Below, one piece after another: positions 36,963 through 46,739 of a DNA stretch of 64,000 bases. Position numbers and translations under genes: made by a program. Position 1 is the first letter of the stretch, and every line of letters starts with the position of its first letter. Below the pieces are notes generated by a model. It searched no databases, was not told where the DNA came from, and saw only the letters and a list, made by a program, of their open reading frames with translations. The stretch is from an uncultured Candidatus Saccharibacteria bacterium (lineage in GTDB: Bacteria > Patescibacteriota > Minisyncoccia > Phycocordibacterales > PALSA-1337): positions 289,318 to 353,317 of the forward strand of contig CAYWKB010000001.1 of NCBI GenBank assembly GCA_964459225.1. Direction: 5' to 3'.

Positions 36963-38892
36963 AGATAAATTTGGGTATATAATTCTCGGTATCTTTCTAG
37001 TAAAGCTCTTTTTACTTACATGGTCTGCTCACCCGTTCGATTTTTGGGCATTTGTAAATACAATTCAAAGAAACACATTATATGGTTGGAATGTATTTGA
37101 ATCATGGAATAAGGGGAATATAATAATACTTTTATGGTACCCGCTATATTCATTATACTTAGTAATGTTACAAATTACACACAGTGTAATCGATAATATT
37201 TTATTGTTACACCTTTTTTTCAAATTACCTTTTTTACTGGTTGATTTGGTGTCAGCATTTTATATCTATAAAATAATATTATGTTATACGAATAATCAGT
37301 CTATTGCCAAGAAAAGTTTTATGATCTGGTTTACAAATCCAATCGTATTTTACACATACGGAATACATGGTCATTATGAAATACTTGTTGCTCTGTCTAT
37401 TATATTAATAATTTACGGACTTATTAATAAATCGGTAATCTATTTATGTATCGGTTTAATTTTGGGTATCGAGACAAAATATTTCTTCATTATATTTTTA
37501 CCATTTATAATTATATATTTTTTAAGTCAAAAAAGAATAAAGGATTTGTTTTTTTTGGTATTTCTTACTTGTATGGGGCTACTTTTATCTTTTATTCATG
37601 TCTTCTTTAATCCAATATTATTTACTCAGATAATTAATTCAATAAATAATTTATCCAAAATCAATAATCAGCAAGTTTTTCAGGTGTTAAAAATGCCTGC
37701 AACAAATATATTCTCATCAATTAATTACTTATTTAAACCACTAATGCCAATTAATAATATAGATAATGAATTGTTATTCAAAGTAGCTTCTAATGGATTA
37801 ATGATTGTTGCTCTTATTTTATTAGTACATATTATTTTTAGAGTAGTAAGAATATTTATTTATTCAATTAATTATAGTAATACAATTATTATAAAAGATA
37901 TATTTATCTCATTGTGTTATTTACTAGTATTTCTATCTAGTTTCCAGTTGCATTATATGATTTGGCTAATTCCCTTTCTAATTTTCTACTGTGTTATAGA
38001 TAATAATAATATCCTGATCTATTTATTTGTATTATTAACAGTTGTGGGTACGATCCTTTCCTTCAGGGGAGAGCTGGGTACTTATACTTTTTTCCTTGAC
38101 CTACTTAATAATCAGAGCATCGAACTATTCTCTCTTTCAAGTAGATATTTGGCTATTGTATATAGAGAAGGTATGCTTATTATTTTTACTATAATTTTAT
38201 CTGCTATGTATATAATTTATGATGGCATGCAAAAAAAATATCATATCATAAATAAAACTACTGGTTATAATGTTTATGTTATATATCTTGGTATTTCTAT
38301 AATTTTGTGGGTAATTATTATAATTCCATATATACAAATTTTTAGATTATATATTCATCAAAAAAATCATCAAACAGAATTAGCATATAGTAGAATAAGC
38401 AATATTAATAGAGGTTTTATCTCTGCTACTTATAAATTTTCTCATATAAATGATAATAAGATTTACTTTGATGATCATAATTCAACAATCTTCTACGGGG
38501 TCAAAAAATTAGACCCATTTAATAAGAATAATTTTTCAATAAATATTATTCTCCCATTAGATAATGGTTATAGTATAAAAAGAGAAGTATTTTTTAACGA
38601 ATGCCCCGTAAATTACCATAAAAATGATGAAACTGAAATGTTAGAGATTTACTCATCAATCGATTGTTTAAAATCAGAGAATAACTATATCAGCAATATA
38701 TATGATTACCCGCAGTTAGATAGATTGAAAATTACCGTTAAAAATCATGAAGTCGATTATGTCTACTCACCAAGTATGAAGTATGTGGTAATACTCATGT
38801 CCCTGTTAGGAATATTGTATATAATAATGTCTATTTATATTATATATAGTATAGTAATGTCAGTTTCCTCATCTAAAAATAAGATAAATTAA
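36949..38892 (+). CDS. large polytopic membrane protein, possible GT-C-fold glycosyltransferase (N-terminal multi-TM, C-terminal soluble domain)
   Basis: 647 aa; ~12 hydrophobic helices then ~200-aa hydrophilic domain; context in a glycosylation operon. Family assignment by architecture only. Confidence 0.4.
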   Translation: MKIIKDKFGYIILGIFLVKLFLLTWSAHPFDFWAFVNTIQRNTLYGWNVFESWNKGNIIILLWYPLYSLYLVMLQITHSVIDNILLLHLFFKLPFLLVDLVSAFYIYKIILCYTNNQSIAKKSFMIWFTNPIVFYTYGIHGHYEILVALSIILIIYGLINKSVIYLCIGLILGIETKYFFIIFLPFIIIYFLSQKRIKDLFFLVFLTCMGLLLSFIHVFFNPILFTQIINSINNLSKINNQQVFQVLKMPATNIFSSINYLFKPLMPINNIDNELLFKVASNGLMIVALILLVHIIFRVVRIFIYSINYSNTIIIKDIFISLCYLLVFLSSFQLHYMIWLIPFLIFYCVIDNNNILIYLFVLLTVVGTILSFRGELGTYTFFLDLLNNQSIELFSLSSRYLAIVYREGMLIIFTIILSAMYIIYDGMQKKYHIINKTTGYNVYVIYLGISIILWVIIIIPYIQIFRLYIHQKNHQTELAYSRISNINRGFISATYKFSHINDNKIYFDDHNSTIFYGVKKLDPFNKNNFSINIILPLDNGYSIKREVFFNECPVNYHKNDETEMLEIYSSIDCLKSENNYISNIYDYPQLDRLKITVKNHEVDYVYSPSMKYVVILMSLLGILYIIMSIYIIYSIVMSVSSSKNKIN

Positions 38893-40100
38893 TTTTTAAT
38901 TAGAATGTCACGGTTGTATATTTTAATAAAAAGTATTTTTCCATTATAATATTGATTATTATTTTTGCCGATAAAAATCTCTGGATTATATGTATAATCT
39001 AGGTTTCCATAATACTGCTTTTTATTAGTAAACATATTATTTATTGATAATTCTAATATTTTTCTTTCGTCATCTACAACTGAAATTATATTATAGTTAG
39101 TATTATTCTTAATTGGTCCATTCTTTATACTTATTACGCCGTCTAATTTGCTATTGATAGCAAAGGCAATTTGGTCATTATCAATAAAAATACCATAGTT
39201 GAATGCAGAATATCCAGGTATGCCTTTTTGAATTATACCAGATTGTTGAGGTATTATTTTTGGTGATATATTAACTTCAATACTTATTTTCTTTTCATTT
39301 TTTATTTGATACCCATCTAGTTGTATATATTCATTAATACCATTTAGTAAAATTCCACCACTATTGTTTTCTAACAAATTAGTTGTGATTAAGGACAAAT
39401 TATCTATGTTGTTAAGTATGTTTCTTGATACATTATTATCAAACCTCCAATACCCAATCAACCCCAACGCATCTGCCCATATTTTTCTATTTGTTCCTAG
39501 CTCATATCTTATATCATCAACTCCATTATCTTCTCTTGCTACCTCCTTTGTGTATTTAGAAGAATCTATAAGGGAAGTAAGATTATAATCTCTATCTATC
39601 TTTTCTATTATTCTCTGACCATTTATTTTTTTTGACTTTTGTATTGTTGAACTTGCTACATATGTATAGTAGTTAAGTGTTACATCACTATTTATCGGAT
39701 CTACAGGTAATATATCTAGACTACCTGAAATATCTACAGGTAACCATCCTGTTCCATCTGTCTTTCTGTAATTTTCATTATTACTGCAATTGTATTTCCA
39801 GTCTTTTGGTAGGGAAGGTAGTGATAGGTTTTTGCAATCCTTTTCCTCTGAAGGTATTGATATATAGATTACATAATCTTTTCCTATTGTCTGTGTTGTT
39901 GATGCTTGTAATGATTGCTCGATTTTACTATTTAAAACTTTTATATTTTCTATTCTTATTTCGTCTAACCTCCTTAAAGCCAACTCATTTATATATGGTT
40001 TTCCGTATTTTACATAAAGTGATGTAAAAATAGCTATTAAACCTAGTATTATTAGGCCTTTTAGTATGATGTCTTTGTTTATTTTCCTAAACCATTTCAT
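38889..40100 (-). CDS. membrane-anchored protein with C-terminal concanavalin A-like/LamG lectin domain
   Basis: 403 aa; N-terminal signal anchor; C-terminal region (GIFIDNDQIAFAINSKLDGVISIKNG ... LFIKIYNR) resembles the LamG/ConA-like fold. Opposite strand inside the glycosylation cluster. Confidence 0.45.
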   Translation of the reverse strand: MKWFRKINKDIILKGLIILGLIAIFTSLYVKYGKPYINELALRRLDEIRIENIKVLNSKIEQSLQASTTQTIGKDYVIYISIPSEEKDCKNLSLPSLPKDWKYNCSNNENYRKTDGTGWLPVDISGSLDILPVDPINSDVTLNYYTYVASSTIQKSKKINGQRIIEKIDRDYNLTSLIDSSKYTKEVAREDNGVDDIRYELGTNRKIWADALGLIGYWRFDNNVSRNILNNIDNLSLITTNLLENNSGGILLNGINEYIQLDGYQIKNEKKISIEVNISPKIIPQQSGIIQKGIPGYSAFNYGIFIDNDQIAFAINSKLDGVISIKNGPIKNNTNYNIISVVDDERKILELSINNMFTNKKQYYGNLDYTYNPEIFIGKNNNQYYNGKILFIKIYNRDILIKN

Positions 40101-40146
40101 GCCGATTAATATAGCAGAGTAAGGGAAATTAAGCTATAATCCGTAT

Positions 40147-40644
40147 ATGTTAAATAAGTTCAGAACTTATGCCTATAAATATAGGCTAGAGGCAATACTT
40201 CTAGTTATTCTATGCTTATTTTTGTTTATTGAGCAGGTAAATAGTTATTTGCTATCAATTTATTTGTTGTCTTATTTTGTGATTGTCGCTTTTCTTAATA
40301 ATGAATATTTGCAAAAGGGAGTTCTTAAGGGTTTTTTTGATATTAAAAAAGAAAGAAGGTATCTATATCTTTATTTGATATTTTTATCTCTATCTATTGT
40401 ATGGGGTTTAAGTATTAATGCTATTGTATTTTTATCTATTTTTATTTTATTTGCTCTGTATGACTGGGACAGTAGGATCACTGCATTTCTGGCAATTGCT
40501 ATGCTCATTGGTTGCGTGGTTTTTATGTTAATGAATATGGACAATTATGCTGAGATTTGTGCTGAATATGTATACTATCTACTTGTTATTACTATTTTTT
40601 TACAAATTATCGAATACAAAAAGTTTCCAAATAAATTTAAATGA
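40147..40644 (+). CDS. hypothetical membrane protein (4 TM)
   Basis: 165 aa, hydrophobic. Confidence 0.4.
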   Translation: MLNKFRTYAYKYRLEAILLVILCLFLFIEQVNSYLLSIYLLSYFVIVAFLNNEYLQKGVLKGFFDIKKERRYLYLYLIFLSLSIVWGLSINAIVFLSIFILFALYDWDSRITAFLAIAMLIGCVVFMLMNMDNYAEICAEYVYYLLVITIFLQIIEYKKFPNKFK

Positions 40645-42284
40645 TTAAATCTAAAATAAATCATTATTTAATATTTACTTTCACCACTATTTTGCTTATT
40701 GTTATCCCTTGGATTGGTAATGGTTATCTACTAACTTTGGATATGGTATTTGGCACACATATTGATGTTTATGGTGGTCATTCGGGCATTACTAATAATT
40801 TACTTTTATATGATGTCTTAAATGTTATCAGTAATACTCTCGGTGGTGTATTTACCCAAAATTTTTTAATTATTTTAATATTCTTTTTTATTATATTTTT
40901 CCCACTTATCTTTTTCTCTAAGATCTTTAAAAATATTAATACAAATGGAGCAGAGTATGCTGTGTCTTTATTGTATACTTTTAATCCTTTCGTTTATGAA
41001 AGATTTTTAGCCGGTCACTGGATGGTCCTATTTGGTTACTCTCTTTTATTTCCTATTTTCTATTATTTTATTGAATTATATAGGGAATATAATATAAAAA
41101 AGATTTTTGTCTTGGCATTACTCATTTCAATTTTGAGTTACATTTCAATTCATACATTTACTATTGTGATTGTAATTACTTTTATTACTACTTTATACTA
41201 CTTCATCTTTAATAAAAATATTATTGAAACTCTTAAAAAGATTTCTATTCTAGCTTTGTCTTGCTTGGTATTATGTAGTTTTTGGTTAATTCCTATGTTT
41301 AATAATAAAAGTAGTAATATTGATAATTTTGATAATAGGCATTGGGAAGTGTTTAAGACAACTGGTGATAATGGTTTTGAGACAATTTCTAATATTGTCT
41401 CACTAAGAGGATTTTGGTTAGAAAGGGAGGTTTGGAGTGAAAGGTTTGTAATGCAAAATAGTTTATATTATAAAATTATATTTTTACCTGTACTTTTAAT
41501 TATTATTTATGGTGTCTATAATGGTGTTAAAAATGAAAGTACTAAAAAAGTTTCTAAAATACTTTTGCTTTTGCTGTCTATTGCAATAATATTTTCGTCT
41601 GGTATCGCTCCTGGTATTTTTAAAAATATTAATTATTGGTTATTTGAAAATATTGGATTTTGGAAGGGATTTAGAGATACTCAAAAATGGTCATCTATAA
41701 TTGCTATTATTTATTCATTATATTTTGGTCTTGGTATCTCTGGTCTTTTAACTAAGTACGACAAATACTTTAATCGGGGTATTTTATTGAGTATTTTTAT
41801 TTTATTACCTATTTTATATACCCCTAGTATGCTATTTGGCTTTTCAAATCAATTAAAAACAGTAAATTACCCAGATTCTTGGTATGAGGTAAATGAAATA
41901 ATTAAAGGTGAGGTAAATTGTAGAGCACTTTTTCTGCCTTGGCATCAATATTATGAATTAAAATTTAATAATAGTATTTTGACCGGTAATATTTCTAGGA
42001 ACTTTTTTGATTGTGATATCTTGCATGGTAAAAATATGGAATTAGGAAATATTAAAAGTCAGGGAGGTAATGGTGATGAGTATAATGAACTTGAGACAAT
42101 AGTTATAGATAATAATTTAAATAAAGATAGAGGTGTAGAAAAGTTAAAGAAATTTAATATTAAATATATTATCTTTACGGATGATATTATGAGCCTTGAT
42201 GAGTACTATTATCCTTTTTTGGATTCATTTTTAATTAAAGAAATCTATAAAAAAGACGGTATTTACTTGTTTAAAGTAATCTGA
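40641..42284 (+). CDS. large polytopic membrane protein (possible second GT-C-like enzyme)
   Basis: 547 aa; multi-TM N-terminus plus C-terminal soluble domain; translationally coupled to the upstream gene. Confidence 0.4.
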   Translation: MIKSKINHYLIFTFTTILLIVIPWIGNGYLLTLDMVFGTHIDVYGGHSGITNNLLLYDVLNVISNTLGGVFTQNFLIILIFFFIIFFPLIFFSKIFKNINTNGAEYAVSLLYTFNPFVYERFLAGHWMVLFGYSLLFPIFYYFIELYREYNIKKIFVLALLISILSYISIHTFTIVIVITFITTLYYFIFNKNIIETLKKISILALSCLVLCSFWLIPMFNNKSSNIDNFDNRHWEVFKTTGDNGFETISNIVSLRGFWLEREVWSERFVMQNSLYYKIIFLPVLLIIIYGVYNGVKNESTKKVSKILLLLLSIAIIFSSGIAPGIFKNINYWLFENIGFWKGFRDTQKWSSIIAIIYSLYFGLGISGLLTKYDKYFNRGILLSIFILLPILYTPSMLFGFSNQLKTVNYPDSWYEVNEIIKGEVNCRALFLPWHQYYELKFNNSILTGNISRNFFDCDILHGKNMELGNIKSQGGNGDEYNELETIVIDNNLNKDRGVEKLKKFNIKYIIFTDDIMSLDEYYYPFLDSFLIKEIYKKDGIYLFKVI

Positions 42285-42351
42285 TACTATTAAATCAATG
42301 TGAATTAGTGCTAAAACACTATAAAACAGCTTATTATTTATCAATAAAAAA

Positions 42352-42762
42352 ATGAAGAAAACACTAATAACAATAATGACACTTGTTTTGACACTTGCTT
42401 TTGCAGGTACAGTCAATGCTCAAGTAGGTTACGGCGGATCTGGTGGTGGTACATCAGGTGGTCGTGGTTTTATAACTAATCCTACAGCTATAAACGCTAT
42501 TCAGACTAGAAATCCTCAAGCTGGTCGTGTACTCGGTGCTTCTACATTCACTTTCGTTTCTCCTCTAAGAAGGAGTAATACTGGTGATGCTGTTGTTGAA
42601 CTTCAAGAGAGACTTCGTGCTCTTGGATTCTTCAAATATCCTGTCTCAACTGGATTTTTCGGTCCTATAACTTTGGCTGCTGTTCAAGCATTTCAAACTG
42701 CTAACAATATCCCAAGTACAGGTTATGTAGGTGCTCTTACAATAGCTGCATTAAATAAATAA
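42352..42762 (+). CDS. secreted protein with Gly-rich linker and C-terminal peptidoglycan-binding (PG_binding_1-like) domain
   Basis: Signal peptide MKKTLITIMTLVLTLAFAGTVNA; GGSGGGTSGG; GDAVVELQERLRALGF...PITLAAVQAFQTANNIP typical PGBD. Confidence 0.7.
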   Translation: MKKTLITIMTLVLTLAFAGTVNAQVGYGGSGGGTSGGRGFITNPTAINAIQTRNPQAGRVLGASTFTFVSPLRRSNTGDAVVELQERLRALGFFKYPVSTGFFGPITLAAVQAFQTANNIPSTGYVGALTIAALNK

Positions 42763-42791
42763 TATTTAACTCTGTATACTAGATACACAAA

Positions 42792-42822
42792 AACAGCCCA
42801 TTAACATGGGTTGTTTTTTGTT
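42792..42822 (+). terminator. Rho-independent terminator
   Basis: aacagccca-ttaaca-tgggttgtt then ttttgtt. Confidence 0.55.
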
Positions 42823-42837
42823 ATACAATATCTATAT

Positions 42838-43764
42838 ATGTACAAGTGGTTTCGTAAACATTTTATCCCTCATAAACACAATAATCATAAACCACACTTT
42901 CTCCGTAGTAAAAATATTAGATTTTTAGCTTTATCTATTTTACTTATTGAAATTTGTTTCCTTACTATTCCTACTTTAAAAATAATTGATTATATTAGTA
43001 ATAATTTTACCGCTCTTGTTTTGCCCACTGTCTTAGCCGATCTCACAAATATCAATAGGGAAAAAATTAATTTGCCAAGTTTAACTGTAAATGAAACTTT
43101 AAATACTGTTGCAAGCATGAAGGCACAGGATATGGCGGCAAAGGGATATTTTGCTCATATAAGTCCCGAAGGCAAAGAACCATGGTTTTGGTTTGATAAG
43201 GCAGGATACAAATATGAATACGCAGGGGAAAATCTCGCAATTGATTTCACGGATTCAGAGGATGTCACTTTGGCATGGATGAATTCACCTACTCATAAAG
43301 CAAATATTATTAAACATGCATATACCGAAATGGGTACAGGTATTGCAACTGGTACATATGAAGGCAATCCCACAGTTTTTGTGGCACAAGTTTATGCAAA
43401 GCCTCTTACAAACAATGTCCCTATTACCGCAAGTATAGCTAGTGTGGAAAGTAATACAGGAGAAAATGACAAAATAAAAGGTGCAACAATTGAAAAGGTA
43501 GATGATTTAAAAAGTTCAAAATTTGAAAGGACAATATCATCACCAAGACATATTATAAATATTATTTTAATTATTATTTCTATCCTTGTGATTGGTGCAC
43601 TTTGTCTTAAGATTTTTATTAAATTTGATAAAAAGCATTCAAGGTTAATAACAAATGGTGTGGTTATATTAGCTTTAATTGTTGGTATATACACATTAAA
43701 TATGTATATTTCATTAAATAAATTAAAGATAAGCACTTCATTTACTAGTTTTGAAAATAAATGA
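42838..43764 (+). CDS. CAP/SCP (PR-1-like) domain protein with N- and C-terminal TM segments
   Basis: YFAHISPEGKEPWFWFDKAGYKYEYAGENLA ... WMNSPTHKANI CAP-domain motifs; start set after the upstream terminator. Confidence 0.7.
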   Translation: MYKWFRKHFIPHKHNNHKPHFLRSKNIRFLALSILLIEICFLTIPTLKIIDYISNNFTALVLPTVLADLTNINREKINLPSLTVNETLNTVASMKAQDMAAKGYFAHISPEGKEPWFWFDKAGYKYEYAGENLAIDFTDSEDVTLAWMNSPTHKANIIKHAYTEMGTGIATGTYEGNPTVFVAQVYAKPLTNNVPITASIASVESNTGENDKIKGATIEKVDDLKSSKFERTISSPRHIINIILIIISILVIGALCLKIFIKFDKKHSRLITNGVVILALIVGIYTLNMYISLNKLKISTSFTSFENK

Positions 43765-44507
43765 CAAAATATATTTTAATTTTAATATCGGCAATTATTA
43801 TAAATACCTCAATTGTATTTGCTGAACCGGAACAAATAAATGCGAGAATATTACCAACCATTTGGTATTCTGATTTAAATATAAAAGAAGGAGATACAGT
43901 TAAAGTATTTGCAGGTATTCAAAATAATTCAAATACAAATTGGACGGGAAATGCAGTCTTTTTGGTTGATAATGTTGAGATTGCAAAACAGGCATTTACT
44001 TCAAATTCAGATACGCTGAAGGATATAAGTGCAAATTGGAAAGTGAGTTCAGGTACTCATGATATACAGGTCAAAATAACAGCAAATAATCTACCAGAGG
44101 GCAAGACATTGGTTGCCTATGAGACAAATAAAAGCACATTGTCGGTGAATATAAATATAACTAAAGAAGATGTAAAAGAAAAAATAAATGATACAGCAGT
44201 AAAGGTATTAGATAAGACAAATAGTTTGGCAGAAGTCTTGGCCGAAAAATTAGATGACTATAAAAAACCAGATACAGAAAAGATAAAAATTTCTGAATTA
44301 ATCGATGGTGTAAAGGGAAAAGTTTTAGGTACAACAACACAGAGTAAAGCACAAAAAGATGATTTTTCAATAGGTAAATTTGCTGGAAATGCTTTTGATT
44401 CCGCTTGGAATGTAGTTATAGATACATTTAAATTTTTAATAAATAATTGGAAGTGGAGTCTGGCAGGATTGCTTGTGTTATACTTGTTGTATAAATTTTT
44501 CCTATAA
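43761..44507 (+). CDS. secreted/surface hypothetical protein with C-terminal TM anchor
   Basis: Signal peptide, beta-rich repeat-like middle, C-terminal hydrophobic WSLAGLLVLYLLYKFFL. Confidence 0.5.
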   Translation: MTKYILILISAIIINTSIVFAEPEQINARILPTIWYSDLNIKEGDTVKVFAGIQNNSNTNWTGNAVFLVDNVEIAKQAFTSNSDTLKDISANWKVSSGTHDIQVKITANNLPEGKTLVAYETNKSTLSVNINITKEDVKEKINDTAVKVLDKTNSLAEVLAEKLDDYKKPDTEKIKISELIDGVKGKVLGTTTQSKAQKDDFSIGKFAGNAFDSAWNVVIDTFKFLINNWKWSLAGLLVLYLLYKFFL

Positions 44508-44514
44508 TCTTATG

Positions 44515-45012
44515 GAAGTAAAAGACAAGGCAGAAAAAATAGCGACAATAGCAGCAGGGCATACCATGAGTTTAATTATCAATAATTGGTTTGATTATGG
44601 TATTTACGTGCCAGTTATTGCATATTTTGGCCCAGTGAAAGGTGGCGGAATCATGATTGTCCTTTCAATCCTTATCAATTTAATCCTGATATATCTATAC
44701 GATAAGACAGGAAAAGATTGGTTAGGATTTGAAATGATAAAAGAAGGAAAGGAAGAGGCTGCTTCAAAGCTACCTAATTGGCTCAAAAAAGCCATAAATG
44801 CTGGAGACATAATGGCTTTTATTGGATTGTCTATATATGATCCATTTTTCGCTACAATATATCTAAGAAAAATTGAAAACAAGTTCAATGGTCTAACAAA
44901 AAGGGATTGGATAATATTTATTATCGCCACAATTTTGAGTAATATAGGATGGACAGCTCTGGTTTATTCTGGTATTTCAGTATTTAAAATTATATACAAT
45001 TTTATTGTATAA
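44515..45012 (+). CDS. hypothetical membrane protein
   Basis: Several TM helices; start taken at MEVKDKAEK downstream of the previous stop. Confidence 0.45.
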   Translation, partial: EVKDKAEKIATIAAGHTMSLIINNWFDYGIYVPVIAYFGPVKGGGIMIVLSILINLILIYLYDKTGKDWLGFEMIKEGKEEAASKLPNWLKKAINAGDIMAFIGLSIYDPFFATIYLRKIENKFNGLTKRDWIIFIIATILSNIGWTALVYSGISVFKIIYNFIV

Positions 45013-45029
45013 TATACCCTATACTATTT

Positions 45030-45419
45030 ATGTCAGAAAAGAATAAAAATATATTGTTTTTTGGAATACTTACTCTAATGATTTTGATATCAATTTCTTT
45101 TTCCTATTATAAATATATTGTAAAAATGGATTATCAAGTTTTTGCTCATGTAGCATGTGATAAAAATACTGAAAATTGTTTTGAAGAGGAATGCGTAGAT
45201 AGCGATAATTGCGAAATAAATTCAGATGGAAATAAAGTTAAATATTACAAAATCATAAGCAAAAATGCCTATAACATCTATATGTGTAGGAATAGCTCAA
45301 ATAAAGAGGGATGCACAGGAGAATACAAATGCACATTAGGTGAAAGTAATTGTTCATATGAATTTTGTACTTCAGATAATTCAAAATACATAAGTGGTTG
45401 CAGTACAAAAATGAATTGA
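45030..45419 (+). CDS. cysteine-rich membrane-anchored/secreted protein (14 Cys in ~95 aa)
   Basis: N-terminal TM/signal then a C-dense module (CDKNTENCFEEECVDSDNCE ... CTGEYKCTLGESNCSYEFC). Confidence 0.5.
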   Translation: MSEKNKNILFFGILTLMILISISFSYYKYIVKMDYQVFAHVACDKNTENCFEEECVDSDNCEINSDGNKVKYYKIISKNAYNIYMCRNSSNKEGCTGEYKCTLGESNCSYEFCTSDNSKYISGCSTKMN

Positions 45420-45420
45420 G

Positions 45421-46182
45421 ATGGATAATGAAAATATTTATACAAATATAGTTGATCTCGAAAAGGAGATAGAAAAAAGGAGAAATGATAAAGAATTAAA
45501 TGAAAAGCTTCTCAAGTTTTGGCATATTCATAAGCCTGATTTTATAAGAGATAATACATGCCTTGTACTATCTAAACCACTTATAACTCCAAACAAAGAA
45601 TTAAAATATTTCCTAGATATTGCAAAAGAGTTTAATTTTAAAACACTTTTCCTAGAATATTTAAAGGGGAAGTTTGTAGGAGTAAATGAGGAAAAAAGGC
45701 ATTTGGGTAAAATGTATTTTTATCATGGACGAGGCAAAAAGCACGGGAGCAAGTTAAATCATGTAAACATTATAGACTTTACTAAACAAGAAGGTAAAAG
45801 GGTTGAGGATGTGATGACTGTAAATGGTAAAAGCGTCAAGGATTTTCATAGACAAATACTTAAAAATAAATTTCCAGATAATAATTTTGATATCATAGAT
45901 ATTTCGCCTTGGTTTGATAATACAAAACATTTAGATGAATATTATGTATTCTATCTATCGCTTTTTATAAAGGATTTTGTGCTTTTTGAAAATTTTATAT
46001 TTGATGATAGAGAAGAAAGCAAATTTACAAAAGAAAAATTTATGCCAAGTTTTGAAAAGGTAACTAAGATGTTTGGATATAAGCCACTTATTATCCCTTT
46101 ACTTCCACATGAAAATGAAAAAAGCAGAACTTGGTTTTATTATGATGGAGATATAGAGGAACATGTAAGGGGTATGATATAA
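45421..46182 (+). CDS. hypothetical cytoplasmic protein (253 aa)
   Basis: Intact ORF tightly coupled (2-nt gap) to the neighbours; no motif recognised. Confidence 0.5.
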   Translation: MDNENIYTNIVDLEKEIEKRRNDKELNEKLLKFWHIHKPDFIRDNTCLVLSKPLITPNKELKYFLDIAKEFNFKTLFLEYLKGKFVGVNEEKRHLGKMYFYHGRGKKHGSKLNHVNIIDFTKQEGKRVEDVMTVNGKSVKDFHRQILKNKFPDNNFDIIDISPWFDNTKHLDEYYVFYLSLFIKDFVLFENFIFDDREESKFTKEKFMPSFEKVTKMFGYKPLIIPLLPHENEKSRTWFYYDGDIEEHVRGMI

Positions 46183-46189
46183 TATAAAA

Positions 46190-46735
46190 ATGGAAAATAA
46201 TAACTTCACACTAAAAGATACTAATGGTTACGGAAAGGGGGTTTATGCAAATAAAAATTTCAAAAAAGGCGAAATTATATACACACTTTCTGGTGAAGTC
46301 ATTACATTTGAGGAATCAATAAGAAGGATCAAGTCAGGTATCGAAAAACAAACAGATTCTCTGCAAGTTGGCTTGGAGATGGATATGGATCTAGATGAAT
46401 TTTCAAGAACATTCAATCATAGCTGTGATCCGAATGCAGGTCTGAGAAAGGTAAGTGAATTATTTGCATTAAGAGATATCAATATTGGCGATGAAATAAC
46501 TTATGATTATTCGGCAACAATTGGTCCAAACATACCGGATTCATTGTGGTCTATGGAATGCCTATGTGGGGCTAGTATATGCAGAAAGATATTACATAAT
46601 GTTTTGAGTATTCCAAAAGAAAGATTGGATTATTATAGGAGGGAAGGTGCTTTGCAGGACTATATAATAAAAGAGTTAGATATTATTGATTCAATGGGTG
46701 GTAAATTGCCTAAATATAATCCAATAGATTTATAG
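46190..46735 (+). CDS. SET-domain protein (putative protein lysine methyltransferase) with post-SET Cys cluster
   Basis: GKGVYA...GEII N-SET region, NHSCDPNAGL and EITYDY core SET motifs, post-SET CLCGASIC. Confidence 0.75.
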   Translation: MENNNFTLKDTNGYGKGVYANKNFKKGEIIYTLSGEVITFEESIRRIKSGIEKQTDSLQVGLEMDMDLDEFSRTFNHSCDPNAGLRKVSELFALRDINIGDEITYDYSATIGPNIPDSLWSMECLCGASICRKILHNVLSIPKERLDYYRREGALQDYIIKELDIIDSMGGKLPKYNPIDL

Positions 46736-46739
46736 TTTT

